A program made the translations under genes and the position numbers. The notes under the pieces were generated by a model. The model saw nothing but the letters and a program-made list of their open reading frames with translations, searched no databases and was not told where the DNA came from. Source: a virus. From it: DNA of 64,000 nt. Below, piece by piece: positions 52,713 through 61,838 of the stretch (position 1 is the stretch's first letter; the number at the start of each line of letters is the position of its first letter). The stretch is taken from the IMG/VR virus record IMGVR_UViG_3300035703_000062, positions 1-64,000 of that record; one strand, 5' to 3'.

Positions 52713-53452
52713 TGAGCGGCAGCATTATTAAACTGAAAAGGCGAGCTGCAACTGGAGCAACTGGCGCCCCTGCTTCTCTAAAGAGTGGCGAACTTGCCTT
52801 TAACGAAAACGTTTCCGACAAGAGCCTGTACTATGGCTATGGCGATGATGGCAGCGGCAATGCCACGTCGATCATTTCCATTGGTGGCGAAGGTGCCTTT
52901 GCTACTCTAAGCACCAACCAAACGCTCACTGGCAATAAAACTTTTACTGGCACAGTCACGCTTACAGGCGCCACTGTTGCATTGAATACAAGCCAGCTCA
53001 CTGAGAGCGGCAGCTTGTTCTTTACAAACGCTCGCGCTCGTGCTGCTCTTTCTGGGAGCAGCACTGTTTCGTTTGATCAAAATACAGGCATTATTAGCCT
53101 GCCAAATGATCTCACCATTGCAAGCGGCCTTACCGTAGGCGGCGACCTCGCTGTTAATGGCACACTGACAACAATTAACAGTACCACTGTTACTGTTGAC
53201 GACAAGAATATTGAGCTTGGCTCCACTGCATCGCCCACGGATGAAACTGCCGATGGTGGTGGTATCACGCTCAAAGGCGCCACTGACAAAGAAATTAAGT
53301 GGTTGAATGCCACTGACTCTTGGACTTTTAATCAAAATGTCAACATTTCATCTGGCGGCCTCAGAATTGGCGGCACTGAAGTGATTAGTTCTGCTCGCGT
53401 GTTGAGCAATGTGACGGTTAGCGGCGTCACCATCGATGGAGGAGAATACTAA
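52712..53452 (+). CDS. tail fibre-like protein
   Basis: I.LKR...P.SL..GELA.N N-terminus; V.DKNIELG..A.GGGI; IDGGEY end. Confidence 0.75.
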   Translation: MSGSIIKLKRRAATGATGAPASLKSGELAFNENVSDKSLYYGYGDDGSGNATSIISIGGEGAFATLSTNQTLTGNKTFTGTVTLTGATVALNTSQLTESGSLFFTNARARAALSGSSTVSFDQNTGIISLPNDLTIASGLTVGGDLAVNGTLTTINSTTVTVDDKNIELGSTASPTDETADGGGITLKGATDKEIKWLNATDSWTFNQNVNISSGGLRIGGTEVISSARVLSNVTVSGVTIDGGEY

Positions 53453-53487
53453 TCCATCGTCAGGCTATATAGCCAATTGGAGGCCAA

Positions 53488-53862
53488 ATGGCAAATCGCA
53501 TTCGCATTCGCAGGAGTGCAGTTCCAGGGAAGATTCCCGCTGTTAGCGACATTGAGCTTGGCGAACTTGCTGTCAACACTTTTGACGGAAGAGCATTCCT
53601 CAAAAGGGACAATGGCGCAGAAAGTATTGTTGCTCTCGGCACTGTCACGTCAGTAAGTGGCGGCACTGGCATTTCAGTGGCCAGTGGAACAACCACTGCT
53701 GTTGTTTCGCTGAATAATACTGGCGTGGCGTCTGGCGTCTACGGAAGTAGTAGTCAAGTGCCTGTAATTACAGTGGATGCTCAAGGGCGCATCATTGCAG
53801 TGTCTGGCGTTGCAATTAGTGCTGGCGGCACTAGCTTGGGCCTTGCAGTTGCATTGGGCTAA
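53488..53862 (+). CDS. short tail fibre-like protein
   Basis: RS...GK.P....GELA.NT.DG; ITVDAQGRI; SLGLAVALG end shared with 46577 ORF. Confidence 0.75.
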   Translation: MANRIRIRRSAVPGKIPAVSDIELGELAVNTFDGRAFLKRDNGAESIVALGTVTSVSGGTGISVASGTTTAVVSLNNTGVASGVYGSSSQVPVITVDAQGRIIAVSGVAISAGGTSLGLAVALG

Positions 53863-53896
53863 GTCTTTCTACAATTAAAACAATCACCTTCCGACC

Positions 53897-54442
53897 ATGG
53901 CTCTTTACAGCTTTCTCAATGGCTACCCTCAGCCTCTGCCATTTCGCATTGAAGTGGATGGACTGCCGCGCACTGATCCGTCCACTTTTACTGCTGAGGA
54001 GATTTACCGCGCCGGTTATCGCGGTCCCATCGGATTTCCTGGCTACGACGGCGCGACGGAGCGCTTGCTGTGGAATGGTGATGAATTTGAAGTGGTGCCA
54101 CTGACGCAAGAGGAGCTGAATGCCGCCGCAGAACAAGCTCGCCGTGGTCGCGTAAATTACGAGCAATTGTGGCAAGTGCTGAAGACTACCAGCGTCTATC
54201 AGACTTTACGGCAGGCAGCAGCAAGTGATTTGCCGGCCAACATGATCTGCACCGAACTACTGGTGGCACTATCGGACGCACGCGCTGGTAAGGCCGACGA
54301 AGAAGCAATTGGTGCTCTCTTGGGGCAGTTGCTTGAAGCACTGTCCCTTACGAAGGAAGATAAAGATGGTTTGTACGCTGCGCTGAAGGCTGGTGGCGTT
54401 GAATGGCTCTATGTTATTCCTGGCTATGTTCCTGCTGATTGA
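53897..54442 (+). CDS. putative tail fibre assembly protein
   Basis: P.PLPFRI...RTDP.TFT.EEI..AGY motif. Confidence 0.65.
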   Translation: MALYSFLNGYPQPLPFRIEVDGLPRTDPSTFTAEEIYRAGYRGPIGFPGYDGATERLLWNGDEFEVVPLTQEELNAAAEQARRGRVNYEQLWQVLKTTSVYQTLRQAAASDLPANMICTELLVALSDARAGKADEEAIGALLGQLLEALSLTKEDKDGLYAALKAGGVEWLYVIPGYVPAD

Positions 54443-54444
54443 TC

Positions 54445-55656
54445 ATGGGACAAATTAGAGTTAATGATGAACAGTTTGAAACTGGCATTCTCGCTGATCA
54501 TCGAGGCCAGCTTCTTTCAGTGGGGCCTGATAGTGGCCGCGTAGATGCTTTTGGCCGGGCTCGCATGAGCGAGCCTTATACGCTGTTTGATTCCACATTG
54601 CGTTATGACGAACGCAGTGATCAATGGAACACCATTCTTGGCGGGACTGGCGGCACTACGTTCTTGTCCAATCAAAGCTCGTTGCAGCTTTCAGTGAGTG
54701 GCAATGGTGATAGTGTGCTGCGCCGCACCAAGCGGCGCTTCCCTTATCAGCCTGGCAAAAGTCTCCAGCTCATTCAAAGCTTTGTAGGCACCACGCCCAC
54801 TGCTGGTCTTATTCAGGAAGTTGGCTTCTTCGATGATGACAATGGCGTCATACTTCGCGCTAATGGCGCCACCATTGAATTTGTTATTCGCGGCAAATAC
54901 AGCGGGAGTGTAACTGAGGCTGTCATTCCACAGAGCCAGTGGAATATTGATCGCTTTGAAGATTTAGATTTTTCCAAGGCCAATCTATTCACTGCTGATA
55001 TTGAATGGCTTGGAGCTGGTCGAACAAGACTTGGTTTCATCATCGACGGCGAATATTTGTATTGCCATGAGCAAAATCATGCCAATGCTATTGATCACGT
55101 TTATATGAGTACGGCTATTTTGCCGTGCTCTTATAGGATTGCTAGCACTGGCCCTGCTGGCACGATGAAGCAGATATGTACGACTGTTATTAGCGAAGGT
55201 GGCTACGAACCCACTGGGCCTATTTACACTGCTGGACCTTCTGCAGTAGGCGTATCGTCAATTAGTGCCGAGCAGCCAATCGTTGGCATTCGCATGGCTA
55301 GTGGTCGCACTGGCAATGTGATCATTCCATCGCAAATTGAAGCAACCATTGAAGGAAACACCACTGCCAAGTGGCGGCTTCGTCTCAATCCGACGATTAC
55401 CAGTGGCACATGGAGTCCCGCCCTTAACGGTCGCGGTAATGTGGAAATGATCACATCTGCAACCATTTCTGGTGGCACAGTGATCGGCGCAGGCCTTGTC
55501 GGCACGCGATCTAGTTCTTCGCTGCCCGCAGAGGCTGCATTATCTTTGAGCTTAGGGACAAAGGCTGATGGCACCTCTGACATTCTTGTGCTCACCATGG
55601 AAGCAGACACATCCACGAAGGGCACTGGCTTGATTGGATGGCGTGAAGTGGTGTAG
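54445..55656 (+). CDS. virion structural protein, lectin-like (paralog 3)
   Basis: DAFGR.R.S.P.TLFD, TKRRFPYQPGKS, EWLG.G. Confidence 0.8.
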   Translation: MGQIRVNDEQFETGILADHRGQLLSVGPDSGRVDAFGRARMSEPYTLFDSTLRYDERSDQWNTILGGTGGTTFLSNQSSLQLSVSGNGDSVLRRTKRRFPYQPGKSLQLIQSFVGTTPTAGLIQEVGFFDDDNGVILRANGATIEFVIRGKYSGSVTEAVIPQSQWNIDRFEDLDFSKANLFTADIEWLGAGRTRLGFIIDGEYLYCHEQNHANAIDHVYMSTAILPCSYRIASTGPAGTMKQICTTVISEGGYEPTGPIYTAGPSAVGVSSISAEQPIVGIRMASGRTGNVIIPSQIEATIEGNTTAKWRLRLNPTITSGTWSPALNGRGNVEMITSATISGGTVIGAGLVGTRSSSSLPAEAALSLSLGTKADGTSDILVLTMEADTSTKGTGLIGWREVV

Positions 55657-55691
55657 GGCGTTAAGCTTCCTTCATCCTTTGTGGCTTCCCT

Positions 55692-55841
55692 ATGGAGCCC
55701 GTTAGTCGAGACGATGTGCAGGAGATGATTGATGCCGCCATTAGGCGGCACAATCGCAATGCAGGCATCATTTCAATGGTGGTGGGATGGGCCGTGTTGG
55801 CTTTCTATGCTGATGGCCTGTTTCGCATTGTGGCCCCATGA
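55692..55841 (+). CDS. small membrane protein (EMIDAAIRRHNRNA family)
   Basis: 49-aa ORF read by eye with one TM segment. Confidence 0.65.
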   Translation: MEPVSRDDVQEMIDAAIRRHNRNAGIISMVVGWAVLAFYADGLFRIVAP

Positions 55842-56077
55842 TTAAAGATGCTTGGCGGACACAGCACGTTGATCACATTGCAGAAAGTCTGCATGAGTTC
55901 ATCACGGATGGCGGAGCTGATGCTGCGCACGAGGCATTGTGCGACGCCATAATGACTTGGATTGACTACCACCAGAAAGAACTAAACGAATGGCGCTATT
56001 TGGCGGCACGTCTAAACCTTCCATTACCAAGCGACTCTTCAACCTATTCAGGATCGAGCAGCAAGAAAAGCAGCTAG
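55838..56077 (+). CDS. hypothetical protein
   Basis: ATGA coupled. Confidence 0.65.
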   Translation: MIKDAWRTQHVDHIAESLHEFITDGGADAAHEALCDAIMTWIDYHQKELNEWRYLAARLNLPLPSDSSTYSGSSSKKSS

Positions 56078-56364
56078 AGGAGCTGCGGCAAAGCGCTCAC
56101 GAGCGCACGAAGAAGATTGCTCAGGAAGACTACGAATGGTGGAATGCCTTGCCTTATGAAGAGAAGCTGAAGGCCTTTCGCAGCGTATGCCGGCGCATTC
56201 AACAGGGTGACGTTGTAGAGCGTGGATCGTATCGCCACGTCCTGTATGAAGTGTTTGGCTTTGATGCCGATGCTTACGTTGATGGGATGGACTGTGGCTA
56301 TATGGACATTCACAATCTCATCGCTCGTGGGCACGAGGAGGCTCCCCATCGAGAGTCCATGTAA
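55990..56364 (+). CDS. hypothetical protein (GSYR.VLY.VFGF..DAY..GMDCGY..IHN family)
   Basis: recognisable phage motif; start uncertain. Confidence 0.7.
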   Translation: MALFGGTSKPSITKRLFNLFRIEQQEKQLEELRQSAHERTKKIAQEDYEWWNALPYEEKLKAFRSVCRRIQQGDVVERGSYRHVLYEVFGFDADAYVDGMDCGYMDIHNLIARGHEEAPHRESM

Positions 56365-56734
56365 TCCTCATCTCGCCGCCCAGGGCCTTCACTGCATCGC
56401 TCGCATCCACTGGTGGTGGATGCTCAATCATTACCGATGGCACGATTGCATTTGGAAGCGGCGTTATTTTTGCCTTTGGGAATAGCTCCTGTGCTTTATC
56501 AGCTAACTTATCAGCTACATCATGCCGATGTTCAGCTTCCCATTGCTGAACTAATTCTTTCGCTTGCTTATCTACTTTTTGGAGGGTGAGAGAAGTTTTC
56601 CACTCTGTCCAGTCTGGGCGACACCATTCCAGAAGCCGTTTCATCAATGGATGGAAAGCCAGAGAAGGCCTCTTCCTGATGAGGAAGAGGCCCAGCTCGT
56701 AGCACAACGCATTGAAGATGGCTTGATTGCTCAT
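56318..56734 (-). CDS. hypothetical protein in lysis operon
   Basis: ATGA-coupled to endolysin; LGGEMRI motif. Confidence 0.65.
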   Translation of the reverse strand: MSNQAIFNALCYELGLFLIRKRPSLAFHPLMKRLLEWCRPDWTEWKTSLTLQKVDKQAKELVQQWEAEHRHDVADKLADKAQELFPKAKITPLPNAIVPSVMIEHPPPVDASDAVKALGGEMRITWTLDGEPPRAHER

Positions 56735-57678
56735 CCTTCCTGGTAGACGCTGATGAACAGAGCGCCAGAGCGAAGCAATGGGATGACGTGATCACGCAGG
56801 TGAGCATTGTGCATACGCACACAACCGTGGGTAGCCAGGAGGGGCTGCATGGGCGCCCACGCACCAGGCCAACCATTGCCGCTGCCACCACCGTGGAGCA
56901 TGATCCCTGCCCTTCCATTGCCACTCTCTTGACCCTCTAAGTCAATCATGTCAAGGCTGTACCAGCCATAGGCCATGAGCGTGCGGTCGTATGCAGGCTT
57001 GTCTCCATTGATCTCATAATCACGGTAGACAGTGCCTACTTTGTACAGACCAGGCGGCGTGTCAGTGTTGCGCAGCTTCCATTCGTAATCGCTTCCCTGG
57101 CCGCGTGCCAAAGCAGGAAGCTCCCAAAGGAGCTTCCCTTCGGAATTGAAACACTTAGCAGTCTCTACGGCGTCATTCACGATGATGTGATGGTCGCCTT
57201 TCTTGAAGCCAAATTCTTGAGGACGTTTCTTGGGGCCGATCATGGGAGAAATGCGCGAAGACTCAGGAGCATATTCCTTCATCAGTCGCGATAATTTAGC
57301 TGGATATTCGGGATCAGTAGCATACGACTGCTCCTTCAGCATGCGTGCTGCAGCGTAACGATTAGGTGCATGATTAACGCCTTTGAACTGGCGATAATCT
57401 TTGTACCAGCGCGTTACAAGATATTCAATGCAGGCAGCAAGGCTAGGGAAGTCAATGAAGCCCGCCTTAATCGTCACCCATTGTCCGTCGTACCATTCCT
57501 GAGTAGTAGTGGTGGCGCCACTACCTTTCAAGCCAAGGTAGTTATGGGTGCCAGAAACGTGTCGCCCGAATCCACTCTCAAGGCAGCATTGTGCTGCAGC
57601 AAGTTCAGGATATCGAGCGCCACATCTACGTGCAATCTGAAAGCATTCGTCCCAGAATGCCCGATTAGTGGGCCACAT
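56731..57678 (-). CDS. endolysin: GH73 glucosaminidase + YkuD-like L,D-transpeptidase domain
   Basis: AAQ..LESG.G...HNY.GLKG, YATDP.Y; DTPPG.Y, I..HGG...THGCVR. Confidence 0.88.
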   Translation of the reverse strand: MWPTNRAFWDECFQIARRCGARYPELAAAQCCLESGFGRHVSGTHNYLGLKGSGATTTTQEWYDGQWVTIKAGFIDFPSLAACIEYLVTRWYKDYRQFKGVNHAPNRYAAARMLKEQSYATDPEYPAKLSRLMKEYAPESSRISPMIGPKKRPQEFGFKKGDHHIIVNDAVETAKCFNSEGKLLWELPALARGQGSDYEWKLRNTDTPPGLYKVGTVYRDYEINGDKPAYDRTLMAYGWYSLDMIDLEGQESGNGRAGIMLHGGGSGNGWPGAWAPMQPLLATHGCVRMHNAHLRDHVIPLLRSGALFISVYQEG

Positions 57679-57682
57679 GGCC

Positions 57683-57826
57683 TCAGTCCTTCACACGGAA
57701 GATAGCCTTCAAGCCTGTCAGAACAAGCTGAAGAACGTTGTTTTCCTTATAGGGAGTGCGCTCGATAATTTGATCAAGAGCTGCGACGATGATGCCACCA
57801 ATAACGAACCACTCAATGCCGCTCAT
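57683..57826 (-). CDS. putative holin
   Basis: 47-aa ORF read by eye with hydrophobic N-terminus, directly upstream of endolysin. Confidence 0.55.
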   Translation of the reverse strand: MSGIEWFVIGGIIVAALDQIIERTPYKENNVLQLVLTGLKAIFRVKD

Positions 57827-57856
57827 GGTAATTCTCCTAGAGAGTTTACTTTCAGC

Positions 57857-58057
57857 TTAGCGCCGAATCTCCAAGCTTCTCACTCGCGCTTCTAGCTGCT
57901 GAACGTTTTCAGTGAGGGCCTCAAGATTCTTGGTTATTCCTTCTACTTGCGTGGTAATGCGAATTTGCTGATTTCCCACGGCAATCATCATGCCGCCAGA
58001 TGCCAATAGCATCCCGGCAGTGACCGTAGCCACAAAGTTAGCTAGCCCTTCCTTCAC
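57857..58057 (-). CDS. membrane-anchored coiled-coil protein
   Basis: TM segment then heptads ending R...LE. Confidence 0.6.
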   Translation of the reverse strand: MKEGLANFVATVTAGMLLASGGMMIAVGNQQIRITTQVEGITKNLEALTENVQQLEARVRSLEIRR

Positions 58058-58135
58058 TGCTCGCTTTGCGGCATTTTTATAAAGTATAGCACTGTCTCAT
58101 CGTTCATATTTTGAAGGTAGATTAGGGACAGCCAA

Positions 58136-58657
58136 TTGAAGATAGGCGTCATGTTTGTGGCGTTTGAGCCTGATGATTACATCACTGGACTCATTGAACT
58201 GCGCAAGTCGGATGCCACACGACGCTTTAGGAAATCTATCTTCGATGACTATCCCCTTCGTGGGCCGTTAAACCAGGCAGCCTGTGCATATTGCGGGCGA
58301 TGGAATGAGAAGCTGACCATCGACCACATTGTTCCCAAGAGCAAAGGTGGGCCGCATTTCGCTCGTTGGAACATGGTGCCCGCGTGTAAGCGTTGCAACC
58401 TGGCGAAAACTGATCTACCAGTGTTTGAATGGTGGCGGCCAATGCAGCAATGGAGTCAGCAGCGGGAGGAGATTCTGATGGCATGGACCTACGCCAACAG
58501 CTTCATCGACGCTCACACTGACTCCGCCGAATACTGGCGGTTCCTGGCTGAGAAGCGGGTGGTGCAGCAGGAAGTATCGCGTCGCATGAGAAAAGGGCCA
58601 TTTCGTGGCCCTTTTTCTTTAGCCGATTTGGGAGACGTTGGCTGGGCTGCTGCTTAG
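58136..58657 (+). CDS. HNH endonuclease
   Basis: CAYCG..LTIDHIVPKSKGG...N.VPAC..CN..K. Confidence 0.92.
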   Translation: MKIGVMFVAFEPDDYITGLIELRKSDATRRFRKSIFDDYPLRGPLNQAACAYCGRWNEKLTIDHIVPKSKGGPHFARWNMVPACKRCNLAKTDLPVFEWWRPMQQWSQQREEILMAWTYANSFIDAHTDSAEYWRFLAEKRVVQQEVSRRMRKGPFRGPFSLADLGDVGWAAA

Positions 58658-58804
58658 TCGTAGCAATTGTATTTTCCGCTCTTCGACGAGATGAGCGGAA
58701 CTTACGCAAGATACGAGCCCAAGTTCGGGATAGGAGATTTCGTACACTTCTTGATCGTGCGAGTCCACGTAGAAGCGCACCTGTGCGTCATTGATGGATG
58801 TCAT
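58619..58804 (-). CDS. hypothetical protein
   Basis: VSS.HLVE motif; co-oriented run. Confidence 0.6.
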   Translation of the reverse strand: MTSINDAQVRFYVDSHDQEVYEISYPELGLVSCVSSAHLVEERKIQLLRLSSSPANVSQIG

Positions 58805-59030
58805 TGATGGCAGCCAGAGCTTTGTCCATGTTGACGATCTGACGCTGCGGCCACTCACGGGCGTAAATGATCGCCTTTTTCAGATCGCGAATTAAAGGCT
58901 CAGCGCCGCAGTCTTCCCCATCGTCACAGAGATACTCATCAACAGTGTCGAGGAGCCGCTCATAGCGGCTTTCAGACCACTTCTTACGCCAGTCTGCGTC
59001 AAAGCCTGGAGGGGTGCCTTCAATCGTCAT
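58788..59030 (-). CDS. hypothetical protein
   Basis: 80-aa ORF from internal ATG. Confidence 0.6.
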   Translation of the reverse strand: MTIEGTPPGFDADWRKKWSESRYERLLDTVDEYLCDDGEDCGAEPLIRDLKKAIIYAREWPQRQIVNMDKALAAINDIHQ

Positions 59031-59322
59031 TGGAAGTGCGTGGGTAGCGGCGGTCGAGACGAACGGCATCATCGATGAGATCGTCGGCAACGGCCATGGC
59101 CGCGTCCAGTTTATTAAGCCTGTCCAGATACCACGCAGCCTTCTTAAGACTATCTTTCCCTTTGTGTCGTTCTCGCCACACGTATTTGGCGATGTTGCCC
59201 TTAAGGAACCCGCGATACTCCTCGATGGTGAGCTGGGCCTCGATGGCCTCAATACATTCCACTCCCGTGCCGCTTGTGTAGTGCGGCGGGTGATTCACCA
59301 TGAGGTCAGAAAGTTTGTCCAT
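59020..59322 (-). CDS. DUF3310 family protein
   Basis: VNHP.HY...ECIEAI...GN..KY.WR...KG...L.KA.WYL. Confidence 0.9.
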   Translation of the reverse strand: MDKLSDLMVNHPPHYTSGTGVECIEAIEAQLTIEEYRGFLKGNIAKYVWRERHKGKDSLKKAAWYLDRLNKLDAAMAVADDLIDDAVRLDRRYPRTSNDD

Positions 59323-60034
59323 TAGCTTTGAAGGCTGCAAAGGATTCGGCCACGATAGGCTCAGCAAGCTCAGCCATACAGTCTGCATAGGCACGGATTT
59401 CCCATTGTGAATCTGCTGGCTGACGCAGGCTCAGAAAGTGCAACAGGGCCTGGAGGCTGCACGTCCAAACGAACGATGTGTAGTGGCACGTCGGCAGAAT
59501 GCCTCGTGCCTGCTCCTTGCTCACGCCCACTGCGAGCAGCGTGGCATAGGCTTCCTTGACTGCCTGCAGAGCCTCTGCGTATTTCAGCTCGGCCACACGG
59601 GCGCTGCCCACATCGAGCGGGCCTGCGGAGGCTTGCTTGTTGCTTTCGCTCTGCTTCCTGAATTCCTTCGGGAAATAAAATTCCTCGCTATCAGCGGCGC
59701 AATAGCGGAAGCTCTTCTCGTTCCAGCCCAGTTGATCGTTGGCATAGGTGCCGCCGATGACGTGTTTCCACCATTGCCGCGCCACAAATAGTGGCGCTTT
59801 CACTTGCCATTTGAAGACAACGCCTCGGAACGGGCTGGTGTGGCGATGGGCGACAAGGTAATTGAGAAGCTTCTTCTCCCTTGGGCCGAAGTCAGGCGTC
59901 TCAAGGTCAAAGCTTTGCCTGGCATCACAAACGATGTCAATGTCACTTCCCATCCAATCGAGAAGCCGAACAGAGCTAATGCCGTCACCGAGGGGATCAT
60001 GCACCTTAAAGGTTTCAGAAGGGAGGGCGATCAT
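59306..60034 (-). CDS. thyX: FAD-dependent thymidylate synthase
   Basis: H.SPF, P.FVARQW.KH, NE.S.RY, EQAR.ILP, SQWEIR.YA. Confidence 0.92.
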   Translation of the reverse strand: MIALPSETFKVHDPLGDGISSVRLLDWMGSDIDIVCDARQSFDLETPDFGPREKKLLNYLVAHRHTSPFRGVVFKWQVKAPLFVARQWWKHVIGGTYANDQLGWNEKSFRYCAADSEEFYFPKEFRKQSESNKQASAGPLDVGSARVAELKYAEALQAVKEAYATLLAVGVSKEQARGILPTCHYTSFVWTCSLQALLHFLSLRQPADSQWEIRAYADCMAELAEPIVAESFAAFKANGQTF

Positions 60035-60264
60035 TGTTCGTGGCGGAGTCGCGAAAGAGCTGTGTAACCAATGCGGGAAGGATGGTGCTTACATTCATCC
60101 CATACCACCTGTGCTCGTGGGACGGAACGCCCCAGTGAGTCTTGCTTGGTTTCAAGAGCCAATATTTGTCCCCTGAATCCTGAGTCAATCCATCCATCTG
60201 CAGTGAGTGAAAGAAGGACCACTCGCTGCCCGGCTTGGAATTGTCCATGATGATGGGCTTTCAT
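60031..60264 (-). CDS. hypothetical SH3-like protein
   Basis: F..GQRV...V.WD pattern; start uncertain. Confidence 0.5.
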   Translation of the reverse strand: MKAHHHGQFQAGQRVVLLSLTADGWIDSGFRGQILALETKQDSLGRSVPRAQVVWDECKHHPSRIGYTALSRLRHEQ

Positions 60265-60391
60265 CGAACGACGGAAGGGCACCCTAGGCAAAACCGTAAT
60301 TTTTTGTTCGGCAGTTTCGCCAGATTCCACGGTGCAAACAAAAGTCTTCCGCCTATCGCGCAGGGCTACGCTAGAGGAAAACGAAAGAGTC

Positions 60392-60772
60392 ATGCAGTAC
60401 AGCTTGCCTGTGATCTTGGATTACGATGGGAGGAAAAGAATTGCAACCATGGGACCATTTGAGCGGAGCATGGAGCGGGAGTTCTCATTGGCTGTCAACA
60501 AGAAAGCCATTGATGAATGCACCGATCTCAAGCAGCTCAAGGAAGTGGCGACTAACTTGCTCGTCGGTTGGAGCAATATGCAGGGCGCCGTAGGCGAGCT
60601 GATCAAAGAAAACATGAACCTGCGTCATGCCATCGGCCTGCGAGAGGCTGATTTACAAGCAGCAGAGGAGCTGATGAACCACGCAGCTAGCCTTCTGGAG
60701 AAGCAAGCTGTTGATCGAACCAGCAAGCCTTCCCGATCTTCTCAATCCAAGTGGCGTCTGTGGCCGTGGTAG
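60392..60772 (+). CDS. hypothetical protein
   Basis: 126-aa ORF, coiled-coil. Confidence 0.6.
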   Translation: MQYSLPVILDYDGRKRIATMGPFERSMEREFSLAVNKKAIDECTDLKQLKEVATNLLVGWSNMQGAVGELIKENMNLRHAIGLREADLQAAEELMNHAASLLEKQAVDRTSKPSRSSQSKWRLWPW

Positions 60773-61073
60773 ACGTGAGCAAATAAACCTTCCAGCCAGA
60801 GATCATGGCCAGGTTGTATTTACGAGCATCACGGTCATAGCCACTCCCTGACACATGGCGGCCACGCATGTAGGTGCCGCCTTGGATTTCGATGAGGGAC
60901 TGTGCTTGTGGCAGGGCAAAGTCAGCTCTGTAGCGCTTTGATCGCTTGCTTTTGGCGTAGCGCTCTTGAAAATCTTCCTCCCACATCGGCACATCACTGA
61001 ACTCGCGAACAAGTTCTAATTGTGGCCAGTGAAGCTTCCACTCAGCGTGGAACTTATCCTCAAGAGCGCTCAC
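60687..61073 (-). CDS. PD-(D/E)xK nuclease (DUF559/Vsr-like)
   Basis: S.LE..F, YR.DFA, IEI.GG...GRH..G.GY..D..KYN.A...GW. Confidence 0.8.
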   Translation of the reverse strand: MSALEDKFHAEWKLHWPQLELVREFSDVPMWEEDFQERYAKSKRSKRYRADFALPQAQSLIEIQGGTYMRGRHVSGSGYDRDARKYNLAMISGWKVYLLTSTTATDATWIEKIGKACWFDQQLASPEG

Positions 61074-61113
61074 TGGAACAACACAAAGTTATTCCACGTT
61101 AAACGGAAAAACG

Positions 61114-61461
61114 TTAACGATTGTCGCCACTGCCTTGAAGTTGCCCGCGTTGAGCGCGGTCAGCAAGCTTATCCAGATTGCCTTGGGCAACATTGGAAAG
61201 GTCAAGGTCTAGCTCGGAAGCAATTTGCGCCACATACCAGAGCACATCACCAAGCTCCTTGGCGATGGCAGTGCGCGTGGCGGCATCAAACACTCCAGCT
61301 TTGTCACGAATGACCTTCTTCACCTTCTCAGCCACTTCACCGGCTTCACCAGCAAGGCCAAGAGTGGGATAGATCATGTTGCGGCCTACATCTGGATAGA
61401 TGGCTGTGCTGCGAGCCGCTTGCTGGTATTCGTTGATGTCCAAAGAGGAACAGTGAGTCAT
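61114..61461 (-). CDS. mazG: MazG-like nucleotide pyrophosphohydrolase
   Basis: LGLAGEAGEVAEK.KK, ELGDVLWY, N..KL..R. Confidence 0.9.
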   Translation of the reverse strand: MTHCSSLDINEYQQAARSTAIYPDVGRNMIYPTLGLAGEAGEVAEKVKKVIRDKAGVFDAATRTAIAKELGDVLWYVAQIASELDLDLSNVAQGNLDKLADRAQRGQLQGSGDNR

Positions 61462-61514
61462 GATCAGAATGAGAAGGGCCAGAAAGGGGGCGCTTAAAGG
61501 CGCCCCCAGACAGA

Positions 61515-61790
61515 TCAGAAGAGATCGTCAGATGCCTTCTTGCTGGAACCACCACCAGCACGGCCAGAGTTGTCCCACATGGACGCATAGCCCTTGGCAC
61601 CATCCATCTTGCCTTTCACCTGCACTTGACCAGTGAAGGCGGGCTGGGAATCATTGGTCTTGCGATCATTGTTCCACAGGGAAGCCTGGAGGCTGTACAT
61701 GCCACGATCATTCGGGCCTGCCTCCTTGGCCTCACGGAACACGTCAGCAGGGATGTCGATGGCGACTTTGTAAAGAGGCTGGGTAGCCAT
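61515..61790 (-). CDS. putative ssDNA-binding protein
   Basis: LW.N..K....QP.F.G, Gly linker, DDLF acidic tip. Confidence 0.65.
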   Translation of the reverse strand: MATQPLYKVAIDIPADVFREAKEAGPNDRGMYSLQASLWNNDRKTNDSQPAFTGQVQVKGKMDGAKGYASMWDNSGRAGGGSSKKASDDLF

Positions 61791-61838
61791 GGAAAGAAAA
61801 CAGAGAACGGAACAACAGTAGCGACTACGGACGGGGGA

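Noticed and set aside
58123-58134. Possible self-target TAGGGACAGCCA resembling joined unit B segments (AAGGGA+CAGCCT)
   Set aside because: Only 10 of 12 match, a same-strand join does not fit a two-strand guide model, and such matches are expected by chance in 64 kb; no convincing target for any unit was found by eye.
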